A DNA stretch of 32,000 bases from Candidatus Fokinia solitaria (GTDB taxonomy: Bacteria > Pseudomonadota > Alphaproteobacteria > Rickettsiales > Midichloriaceae). Positions 1-7,712 of the stretch are shown here, in pieces. Made by a program: the position numbers and the translations under genes. The notes beneath the pieces are model-generated. The model was not told the DNA's origin. It ran no database searches and worked only from the letters and a program-made list of their open reading frames with translations. Where the stretch lies: NCBI RefSeq assembly GCF_003072485.1, contig NZ_CP025989.1:805349-837348 (forward strand), written 5' to 3'. Every line of letters begins with the position of its first letter. Positions within the stretch are counted from its first letter, which is position 1.

Positions 1-537
1 TATTACTCTTCGTTTAAATAAATCACTTGATTTACAGTGCTCTATCTTACTTTTCGAGATATTATTAAACTCCAGTATTGAAATCATTTTCTTTTTATAG
101 TCTCCAAAAAGCCAGGAAAGTTGATTCTTGTATAATACATCTATCACTCTGAAATAGAGATCATAATCATCATGACCAATACATAATGAAAGTGCTGCAG
201 CATCAAGAGACTGCGCATCAAGCGGAAACGGACGATATATGTACAGCATCTTACCAGTTTTGACGTACTTCTCTAATATCTGAGTAAATAAAGAAGCATG
301 GTAGTGCGCACAATGAGGACAAGTAAGTGAAGAATATTCTATCATCACATTCTTCGCTTTCAGATTTCCGATGTAATAGTCATCATGCATTTTACTCAGC
401 AACGGAGAATCAGTCACTATAGCATTGTCTTTTACTGGCGCATTTACAACAGAGTAAGTATTACTATATGGAAAAAGAAGACATATAAGACAGAATATGA
501 ACGTCAAAAAGCAATGTAAATCCCTTGAAAAAAGCAT
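1..537 (-). CDS. DsbA-family thiol:disulfide oxidoreductase, N-terminal 179 codons (3' end lies beyond the window start)
   Basis: Hand translation of the minus strand from the ATG (complement of 535-537) gives MLFSRDLHCFLTFIFCLICLLF..., a hydrophobic signal/anchor. It continues ...NVMIEYSSLTCPHCAHYHASLF..., a thioredoxin-fold CPHC active site in a DsbA-like context. The frame stays open to position 1. It is absent from the supplied ORF track because no stop codon falls in the window. Confidence 0.75.
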   Translation of the reverse strand, partial: MLFSRDLHCFLTFIFCLICLLFPYSNTYSVVNAPVKDNAIVTDSPLLSKMHDDYYIGNLKAKNVMIEYSSLTCPHCAHYHASLFTQILEKYVKTGKMLYIYRPFPLDAQSLDAAALSLCIGHDDYDLYFRVIDVLYKNQLSWLFGDYKKKMISILEFNNISKSKIEHCKSSDLFKRRVI

Positions 538-625
538 ACTTCGAGATAAAGCGCCATTAATACTAAGTAACAGTATCTAAACTCTAAACAGGAAATTCAA
601 TAGAAATTTCTCATTTATAACTTTA

Positions 626-1969
626 CTAATCTTGAAATTTTATGCGCGCTCTCAAACGCAGAATGGTGATAATATTGACGATCATTATGATTCCTCCTGA
701 AATACTCATGATCAGCATCACGTCTTCTTGTTCCTGAAATGCAAAAATACTAAAGGCAAATATCGCATATATTACGTATATTACCCTGCCATACTTTGCG
801 TGAATATAAGATGCTGCCTTTTGCCCTACTACAAAATATCCTATGATAGTGCTAAAACCGGCAATCACAATCACAAGCGTAATATAACATTCTACGAAAA
901 AAGAAGGTAGAAATTTTTCGAGAGAGAAAGATACATACTGAAAGTGACTCAATCCCTTTTGCTGAAAAGCGCCACCAAGCTTTGCAATCAAGAGACTGAT
1001 CATCGATATAACAGTATCGGTAAATAATGAAAAAAACGTCGTTCTCGCATAAGAAGCAGGAGATGTCATTATCTTCGCTTCACTATGTACAACCGAATCA
1101 TACCCCATTCCTATATCTCCAGAATATATCCCTCTCGCGAAACCATAATGCATTGCTATTATCACACCTACTATATTCCATCTATCATTATGAAAGTCAT
1201 AAAATTTCGTCCCTTGATATAAGATTTCATACAATATCTCCGGAATGGCAGCATAATTTATCGCTATCACATATAATCCAATACCAATATACGATACTAG
1301 TAACACTGGCATTATAACAGCGCATATCTCACTCAGCCTTTTTACTCCTCCAAGTGCACTTGCCATCACACAACATAGCGTAGCTGCTACTATAATTGCT
1401 TTATCCACTCCAAGTAACGTGGAAATACTATCGGTAATAACAAGAAATTGCACAATCTCCACTCCATATATGCATAACAGTACAGATATCAGTAAGGGTA
1501 ATACCGTCTTCAGCACACTACTTTCCTTAAAACTACCAGCGATATAATACATCAATCCGCCATCATATCCATCGCCATTCCTTTTCTTCACTCTATACTG
1601 TATTGCAAGATAAACTTCGCAATATTTCACAATCATACCAATAAAGGAAGCGAGCAGCATCCACAAAATACTCCCCATTCCTCCAAGCGTCACCGCACCC
1701 ATTATCGTCACTATATTACCTACTCCTACCATGCCACCAATTGAAGAGAAATATAACTTCCATGGAGGTAATCCGTAAGACGAATTTGTTTTATGAGAAG
1801 CTATGCCGAAAATTTCAGATACATTCTTAATAGGATTTTTTAATGTACGTATCTGTAAGAAGTGCGCTTTATACGTGAGATATACGCCTCCGATTAAAAT
1901 GACGAATATTCCAAGGTACTCCCATATAAAACGATCTATCCATGCGAAAAATGAAAAAATATACCCCAT
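626..1969 (-). CDS. Alanine/glycine:cation symporter (AGCS) family transporter
   Basis: 447-aa polytopic membrane protein. The block ...SSIGGMVGVGNIVTIMGAVTLGGMGSILWMLLASFIGMIVKYCEVYLAIQYRVKKRNGDGYDGGLMYYI matches the conserved AGCS (sodium:alanine symporter) N-terminal signature. Confidence 0.8.
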   Translation of the reverse strand: MGYIFSFFAWIDRFIWEYLGIFVILIGGVYLTYKAHFLQIRTLKNPIKNVSEIFGIASHKTNSSYGLPPWKLYFSSIGGMVGVGNIVTIMGAVTLGGMGSILWMLLASFIGMIVKYCEVYLAIQYRVKKRNGDGYDGGLMYYIAGSFKESSVLKTVLPLLISVLLCIYGVEIVQFLVITDSISTLLGVDKAIIVAATLCCVMASALGGVKRLSEICAVIMPVLLVSYIGIGLYVIAINYAAIPEILYEILYQGTKFYDFHNDRWNIVGVIIAMHYGFARGIYSGDIGMGYDSVVHSEAKIMTSPASYARTTFFSLFTDTVISMISLLIAKLGGAFQQKGLSHFQYVSFSLEKFLPSFFVECYITLVIVIAGFSTIIGYFVVGQKAASYIHAKYGRVIYVIYAIFAFSIFAFQEQEDVMLIMSISGGIIMIVNIITILRLRARIKFQD

Positions 1970-2081
1970 AAATCTACCACGCCAATCTTATTCTTTTTCT
2001 ATCACTTATACCTTCGAATATAGTATATATCAAATGTGCAATGACATATCTCTTAGCACAATAAACGAATATATAAGCATC

Positions 2082-3011
2082 ATGATCAGAATGATAGAAA
2101 AATTCAGAGAGATGCTTCTTAGCGAATTTCAAGCAAGTAATAACACTATTATATCGTATGTTACAGACTTAAAATTCTTTAACTTCTTTCTTCAAGAGAG
2201 AAAAATTGCACCACTATCTGTCACTCATTCTGACATTACGGATTATCTTGTTACCTTAAATAAAGAATCTTCTGCCACCGTAAGACGCAAGATATCAGTT
2301 TTAAAAAGATTTTATAGCTTTCTACTAACTGAGAGAGATATTACAGAAAATCCAACACTTAGCATCAAATATCCGAAACGAGAACATAAATTGCCGAACG
2401 TACCGAGTGAAACGGATATAATAAAGATGTTCACAGGCATTCGTGAACTATATTTGAATGATGAATTTCTATTATTACGAAATAATGCAATATTTGCGGT
2501 ACTATATTCTACAGGACTCAGAGTATCAGAACTGATTACGCTTAAACTTGCTGATGTTATGGAAAACGAATATTTGCGCGATAACTCTGTAAAAAGAATT
2601 ATCAAAGTAATAGGAAAGGGCAATAAAGAACGTAATGTAGTACTGAACGATATCGCGTATGCAACGTTGGCGCAATACGTACATCTCATCATAACTACGA
2701 AAAAGAACTGCAACAATTTTGGATGGCTATTTTCTTCCGAAGATTCTCCAACTACTCATCTTACAAGACAGAGAATCGGACAGATTATCCGTGAAGTAGC
2801 GACGTATATGAACATAGATAAAAAATTGATATCGCCTCATAAAGTAAGGCATGCTTTCGCTACTCATATCTTGAGAAAAGGCGCACAAATTCATGTGTTA
2901 CAGAAAATACTCGGACATTCTTCTATCACTTCAACGCAAATATATACCTCGGTATTGAATGACGATCTGAGAAATATGCTTAATGACAAGCATCCTCTTT
3001 CAAAAAAGTAA
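2082..3011 (+). CDS. xerD: Site-specific tyrosine recombinase XerD (XerC/XerD family)
   Basis: The catalytic residues are in context: GLRVSEL (Arg), HKVRHAFATH (His-x-x-Arg) and LGHSSITSTQIYT (His and Tyr). The N-terminal SAM-like domain reads NTIISYVTDLKFFNFFL. I trimmed the ORF-track start (1803) to the ATG at 2082 (MIRMIEKF...; 2091 also possible). The upstream extension overlaps the divergent symporter gene and has no recombinase similarity. The XerD-versus-XerC call rests only on the HAFATH-type C-terminus. Confidence 0.8.
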   Translation: MIRMIEKFREMLLSEFQASNNTIISYVTDLKFFNFFLQERKIAPLSVTHSDITDYLVTLNKESSATVRRKISVLKRFYSFLLTERDITENPTLSIKYPKREHKLPNVPSETDIIKMFTGIRELYLNDEFLLLRNNAIFAVLYSTGLRVSELITLKLADVMENEYLRDNSVKRIIKVIGKGNKERNVVLNDIAYATLAQYVHLIITTKKNCNNFGWLFSSEDSPTTHLTRQRIGQIIREVATYMNIDKKLISPHKVRHAFATHILRKGAQIHVLQKILGHSSITSTQIYTSVLNDDLRNMLNDKHPLSKK

Positions 3012-3719
3012 CTATTTCTTCTTCAGAACGACAAATATCTCCGCTGAATCCGAATAGCTTGAATGTGGCTTAAAAAACTGGAAATTGTCAAAATGCTCAG
3101 AGTGCTTCTTTATCACAGCGCTTTCCTTACCGCATCTTATAACCTTAGTCACAAAAAAACCACCTTTCTTCAGATACTTTATTGCAAATAACAGACTCTC
3201 ATTTAAAAGCGCAGCAAATCGTAAATGATCTGCAGTTTTATCTCCAGACGCATTAGGTAACATATCACTCACTATCAAAGCGGCGCTAAAATTCTCTAAA
3301 ATATCTGATGACTTCTCTACTTCACGATCTTGTGCTGCTTCACTAGTCTCATCAAACTGAGACAAAATTTCTTGTATTTTCTGCATCAAATCAGATGCTA
3401 AAAAATCATGTTGTATGAAATGCACGCCAGAAACAGGCATCACATGCAATAAGTCAATTCCAATAATCGAAGCGCGCACTGAAGCTTTTTTTAATCTTTC
3501 ACTTATGACTTGAGACCAGCCACCTGGTGCAGCACCTAAGTCAAGTATCACTTCTCCATTCTTTACCGTTTTTATAATGTGAAATTTATCTAAAATTTCT
3601 ATTAACTTAAAAGCAGCTCTCGATCTATAATTCAGCTCCTTTGCCATATGCACGTACTGATCTTTTTTTCTCCTCTTTAGCCACTTTTGAGAAGAGTAAG
3701 AAAACTTTTTTTTCAGCAT
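3012..3719 (-). CDS. rlmE: 23S rRNA (uridine-2'-O)-methyltransferase RlmE/FtsJ
   Basis: SQKWLKRRKKDQYVHMAKELNYRSRAAFKLIEI... and the SAM motif DLGAAPGGWSQV align along the length with E. coli RlmE. An acidic insertion of about 22 aa (QFDETSEAAQDREVEKSSDILE, roughly 3285-3362) is present relative to E. coli. The stop codon directly abuts the xerD stop. Confidence 0.9.
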   Translation of the reverse strand: MLKKKFSYSSQKWLKRRKKDQYVHMAKELNYRSRAAFKLIEILDKFHIIKTVKNGEVILDLGAAPGGWSQVISERLKKASVRASIIGIDLLHVMPVSGVHFIQHDFLASDLMQKIQEILSQFDETSEAAQDREVEKSSDILENFSAALIVSDMLPNASGDKTADHLRFAALLNESLLFAIKYLKKGGFFVTKVIRCGKESAVIKKHSEHFDNFQFFKPHSSYSDSAEIFVVLKKK

Positions 3720-3843
3720 CTACTTCAATATAATCCAACACTTCCGTTAGCATAGCATATACCGCTATGAGATATAACACATATGTTGACTATCGTAAGG
3801 TAATCACCTACTCTTATAGAAAATAAATGTAGCTTTAACTAAT

Positions 3844-5175
3844 ATGAAAAGCACTAATTTCGAATTCGAAAAACTCCATTCTAATGGAGTGGAAGTGGAA
3901 TATAAAATCACTGTAACTGACAGTGAAATGAATAAAAATATAGAGAACAAGATACTTGAATTATCGCAAAATTACAAATTACACGGTTTTCGAGAAGGTA
4001 AAGTGCCATTGGCTATGGTGCGAAAAAAAGAAATTGAAGGCGTGACAAGTCAGTATATCAGAGAATTGATAGCAGAGGGTATCAATCAATTGCATGATAA
4101 AGGCGAAATCGATACCTCATCTAGAGATTCTAGAATAGAGTTGGTTGAAATGAAGCAAGATGGAGTAACTGTAAAGGTAACAGGTACCGTACCGATAAAA
4201 GTGGATGTAAAGAAAATGCTGCATGATAAAAAAATAGAATTTTTATCCCTAGATAAAAGCGAAGCAATCGATACAAGCGAAGCTGAGCAAACGATCGTAC
4301 GACAACTCGCAAAAGAAGTGCCACAAGACAAAGATTATAAAGCTAAGAAAGGTGATACAGTAGTCCTCGATTTGACTGGTAAGTTGATGAGAGATAAAGA
4401 AGAAATAGATTTCGATGGCCTATCAGGTACAGGAGTAAGCTTGAAAATAGGCGATAATTATTTCGTCGTCCCGGGCTTTGAAGATAGTTTAATCGGATTA
4501 AGAACAGGAGATGTACACTTATTTGAAGGCACATTTCCTATGGACTATCACGATCCGCAAATTAAAGGGAAAAAAGTACGATACCACATTACCGTCACTT
4601 CAGTACTATCAGTACAGGAAGAATCGCATTTAGATGATGCATTTGCAACGCAGATGGGCTTCTCTAATGTACAGGAGTTTAGAGCGATGCTACAAACTGA
4701 TATCATGAGAAGATACGATAACATCATCTCTCTCATCAATAAGAAAAGACTCCTTGATTTCTGCGCTGATTCATTGGATTTTAAACCTTCCGCAGAAATG
4801 ATAGCAAAGGAAAAGGATAATATAGTAAGTGAATATAAAGAAGCAATTCTCGCTAAAGATGGAGAAGAAGGATTGGATAAAGCAGTAAAAAACATGCTAA
4901 AAGTTAGCATCATTATCGGCGCTGTCGTTAGAGAAAAACATTTAGCAGTAAGCGAAGAAGAAATGAAGGAAAAAATGGAACAAGTGTTGAAAGATTATCC
5001 TCAGTCTGCACAAAAATTTAAGGAAATGGAAACAGATCCTACGTATAGAACGAGAATAAAAGCATCGATCCTTGAACAAAAAGTCGTAGATTTTATGATG
5101 ACACTTACGAACGCTGCTTCTTATAAGCAGATATCGTTTAAGGAGATCAAAAATTACGAAAATGAGATGATATAA
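3844..5175 (+). CDS. tig: Trigger factor
   Basis: 443 aa. The N-terminal ribosome-binding region contains the GFREGKVP signature (GFRxGxxP). A central FKBP-like segment (GDTVVLDLTGK...FVVPGFEDSLIGLRTGD) and a C-terminal helical domain follow. Confidence 0.9.
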   Translation: MKSTNFEFEKLHSNGVEVEYKITVTDSEMNKNIENKILELSQNYKLHGFREGKVPLAMVRKKEIEGVTSQYIRELIAEGINQLHDKGEIDTSSRDSRIELVEMKQDGVTVKVTGTVPIKVDVKKMLHDKKIEFLSLDKSEAIDTSEAEQTIVRQLAKEVPQDKDYKAKKGDTVVLDLTGKLMRDKEEIDFDGLSGTGVSLKIGDNYFVVPGFEDSLIGLRTGDVHLFEGTFPMDYHDPQIKGKKVRYHITVTSVLSVQEESHLDDAFATQMGFSNVQEFRAMLQTDIMRRYDNIISLINKKRLLDFCADSLDFKPSAEMIAKEKDNIVSEYKEAILAKDGEEGLDKAVKNMLKVSIIIGAVVREKHLAVSEEEMKEKMEQVLKDYPQSAQKFKEMETDPTYRTRIKASILEQKVVDFMMTLTNAASYKQISFKEIKNYENEMI

Positions 5176-5222
5176 TATACGCTGTTTTCACATATATTGA
5201 TTAGATAGAGTAATGTATTATC

Positions 5223-5248
5223 GGCAGTAGGTCGTACTGCCTTATATT
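5223..5248 (+). terminator. Candidate intrinsic terminator downstream of tig
   Basis: GGCAGTA-ggtcg-TACTGCC forms a 7-bp stem with a 5-nt loop, 48 nt after the tig stop, followed by TTATATT. The T-tract is interrupted, so this is tentative. Confidence 0.4.
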
Positions 5249-5435
5249 GCTGAAGCTTGCTTTTTTCCTTCTCAGTTTCTGCAGTAAGTGCATGGCGGAT
5301 GAAAGTATGTATGCTTTTTGAGGTGTGTTTATAGCGCTTGTCGGAAATGAGGTTTTTCCTACAATTTCCGCATTCTTCTTGCTTTCTGCAAATCGCAAAA
5401 AGTGGAGTATTTGTTATAGGTCGAAAATGCTGTTG

Positions 5436-6070
5436 ATGTTTCATACAAACATGGGATGCGAATACACAAGCGTAAGAATCGAACTTCTCACATATAGTAC
5501 ATCGCACCACAACAGTAACAGCGCTATGGAGAATAATACTTCTCTATTTCGAAATACTGCTTAGATGTTCTATGCAAACATGGGATGCGAATACACAAGC
5601 GTAAGAATCGAACTTCTCACATACAGTACATCGCACCACAACAGTAACAGCGCTATGGAGAATAACGCTTCTCTATTTCGAAATGCTGCTTAGATGTTCT
5701 ATACAAACATGGGATGCGAATACACAAACGTATGGATCTAACTTCTCACATATACGGCACACTACAACAGTAGCAGCGCTATGGAGAATAATACTTCTCT
5801 ATTTCGAAATACTGCTTAGATGTTCTATACAAACATGGGATGCGAATACACAAGCGTAAGGATCGAACTTCTCACATACAGTACATCACAGCACACCACA
5901 GCAGTAACAGCACTATGGAGAATAATACTTCTCTATTTCGAAATACTACTTAGATGTTCTATGCAAACATGGGATGCGAATACACAAGCGTAAGGATCGA
6001 ACTTCTCACATACAGTACATCACAGCACACCACAGCAGTAGCAGCACTATGGAGAATAATACTTCTCTAT
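5436..6070. repeat. Tandem direct-repeat array, about 4.9 copies of a 126-134 bp unit
   Basis: Units were anchored on ATGTTCTAT(A/G)CAAACATGGGATGCGAATACACA. They start at 5436, 5565, 5694, 5820 and 5954, with lengths 129, 129, 126 and 134, plus a truncated 117. Units 1-2 and units 4-5 are near-identical pairs. Units 4-5 carry a 5-nt insertion (tcacagcacaccacagcag versus tcgcaccacaacag). Unit 3 is the most diverged. A decayed partial copy is visible at about 5400-5435. Confidence 0.95.
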
Positions 6071-6146
6071 AAATAGGAGTTTGAACTTCCTCGATTTCAG
6101 ATATTTTCTCAGTACACATCACAAACGTGATACAGCATTACATTGC

Positions 6147-7694
6147 TTATTTTCTGATACACGATTCTCTCATCCTTAATTCACTTGGTAAATGCAGCAA
6201 CTCTAATACAGTATTTGCTATATTTGCCAATCCTAGCTCTTGTTTTTTAAAAGTAATCGCTCTATTACCGACATAGCAAAGCGGCACAACATTGGTGGTA
6301 TGTTGAGTATTAATCTCTTCATTACTAAAAAGCATTTCCTCGATATTGCCGTGATCCGAACACACAAGCATCTCATACTCATTTCTCGTACATACATCAA
6401 CTAGCTCTCGCAAGCAATGATCTATCACTTCGCACGCTCTCACTGCTGCTTGAAAATTACCTGTATGTCCAACCATATCTAAATTTGGATAGTTTACGCA
6501 TACGAATCCATATTCACCTCTCATCAATGAATCACTTAATACGCGCGTCACTTCATATGCGGACATTTCCGGCTTTAAATCATATGTAGGCACTTTAGGC
6601 GATGGTATAAGTATCCTCTCTTCCAGCGCATAAGGTGTCTCTCTTCCACAATTGAGAAAATATGTAACATGTGCATACTTTTCAGTTTCCGAAATTCTAA
6701 GCTGTGGTATTTTATGCTCTTGCATTATATGCCCTATAGTATTAGTGACAGATTCTCTATTTATTGGCGTAATAAAGTCGAAATTCTTACCGTCGGCACT
6801 GAGTGGTGCAAAACATATCTTCATATTGATATCTATGTTTTCAGCGATATGCCGCTCTGATATAAGCTGCATTAACTGTCGAATTCTATCAATTCTATAA
6901 TTCGTAATAATTATAGAATCTCCATTCTTGACACCATTATAATTCACATTAGCGCATGGCACTACAAATTCATCCGTAATGCCTACTTCATATGATTCTT
7001 CTAATTTCCTCATTGCAGAATCAAAACTCTCACACTGTTTTCCATAAAGCAAAGCTTTGCAGTACTGTTCCGTTCTATTCCATCTATTATCTCTATCCAT
7101 AGCGTAGTACCGTCCCGCTAAAGTGCCTATTCTAATATTATTAAACTTACTACATAGAATGTAGACGAATTTTATCATTTTTAATCCTTCATCTCTCTTC
7201 GAATCTCTACCATCCGTCACAAGATGCAACACCACATTACACTGATTCTTTGCGAGATACTCTGCTATTGCTAATGTATGATAGATACTACCATGCACTT
7301 TCGCATCTGAAAGTATACCAATTACGTGGCAATCGGTAATAGAATTATGCATATGCTTCGCTTTAAGCTGAGTAAATATCGCAGACGAATTCATACCATC
7401 TTGCGAGATAAACTCCTCTACTCTCACACCTACTTGCTTTACCACATTTCCCGCGCCAATGGTGGTATGTCCTACTTCAGAATTGCCCATCACTCCTTGC
7501 TGTACTCCAACATGCTCTCCACTTGCATGCAGAAGAGTGTATTCTCTAGTACTAAACAGATGATTCAAGTACGGCACTTTAGCAATACTCAGCGGATTGC
7601 ATTTCTCTTGTATAGGAAATAAGGGCAAAGAAAGACGATGCTTATGAGAGATTCCAAAACCATCTAGTATACATAATACAACGCCTTTACTCAT
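6147..7694 (-). CDS. gpmI: 2,3-bisphosphoglycerate-independent phosphoglycerate mutase
   Basis: 515 aa. The sequence shows LCILDGFG..., ...GVMGNSEVGHTTIGAGNVV..., VTDGRDS and ...CSDHGNIE, the diagnostic metal/Ser motifs of iPGM. Confidence 0.9.
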   Translation of the reverse strand: MSKGVVLCILDGFGISHKHRLSLPLFPIQEKCNPLSIAKVPYLNHLFSTREYTLLHASGEHVGVQQGVMGNSEVGHTTIGAGNVVKQVGVRVEEFISQDGMNSSAIFTQLKAKHMHNSITDCHVIGILSDAKVHGSIYHTLAIAEYLAKNQCNVVLHLVTDGRDSKRDEGLKMIKFVYILCSKFNNIRIGTLAGRYYAMDRDNRWNRTEQYCKALLYGKQCESFDSAMRKLEESYEVGITDEFVVPCANVNYNGVKNGDSIIITNYRIDRIRQLMQLISERHIAENIDINMKICFAPLSADGKNFDFITPINRESVTNTIGHIMQEHKIPQLRISETEKYAHVTYFLNCGRETPYALEERILIPSPKVPTYDLKPEMSAYEVTRVLSDSLMRGEYGFVCVNYPNLDMVGHTGNFQAAVRACEVIDHCLRELVDVCTRNEYEMLVCSDHGNIEEMLFSNEEINTQHTTNVVPLCYVGNRAITFKKQELGLANIANTVLELLHLPSELRMRESCIRK

Positions 7695-7712
7695 CCTCGC
7701 ATATAAAATTTC

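Noticed and set aside
1803-2081. N-terminal extensions in the ORF track: xerD from 1803, pentapeptide protein from 8988, ssb from 10177, rimP from 13793, gapR from 22446.
   Set aside because: The extensions overlap neighbouring genes or their starts and lack family similarity. Internal ATGs reproduce the canonical N-termini (e.g. MAGSMNKV for SSB, a signal peptide for the pentapeptide protein).
5545-5556. TTCGAA-containing segments in the repeats and other intergenic regions, checked as possible tRNA T-arms. All intergenic regions were also scanned by eye for tRNA, rRNA, tmRNA and SRP RNA.
   Set aside because: There is no GGTTCGAATCC-like T-loop with a matching acceptor stem or anticodon-arm geometry, and no intergenic segment shows cloverleaf potential. 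I cannot exclude small ncRNAs, for example in 17261-17479 or 29949-30200, without covariance-model searches.
5436-5693. On the plus strand, each 129-bp repeat unit is exactly one 42-codon ORF with the stop abutting the next ATG (MF(H/Y)(T/A)NMGCEYTSVRIELLTYSTSHHNSNSAMENN.SLFRN.A*, TAGATG junctions). This looks like a tandem array of small peptide or RiPP-precursor genes.
   Set aside because: The frame is not maintained across the array. Unit 3 has an early TAA (MFYTNMGCEYTNVWI*). Units 4-5 carry a 5-nt indel that changes the downstream reading frame and C-terminus. There is no ribosome-binding site before the ATGs and no adjacent modification or export genes. The exact unit=ORF fit in units 1-2 is most simply a coincidence of one stop per unit.
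5436-6070. Possible CRISPR array, because of regularly spaced repeated sequence.
   Set aside because: The whole 126-134-bp unit is repeated head-to-tail with no unique spacers. The period is far larger than CRISPR repeat plus spacer architecture, and there are no cas genes in the window.
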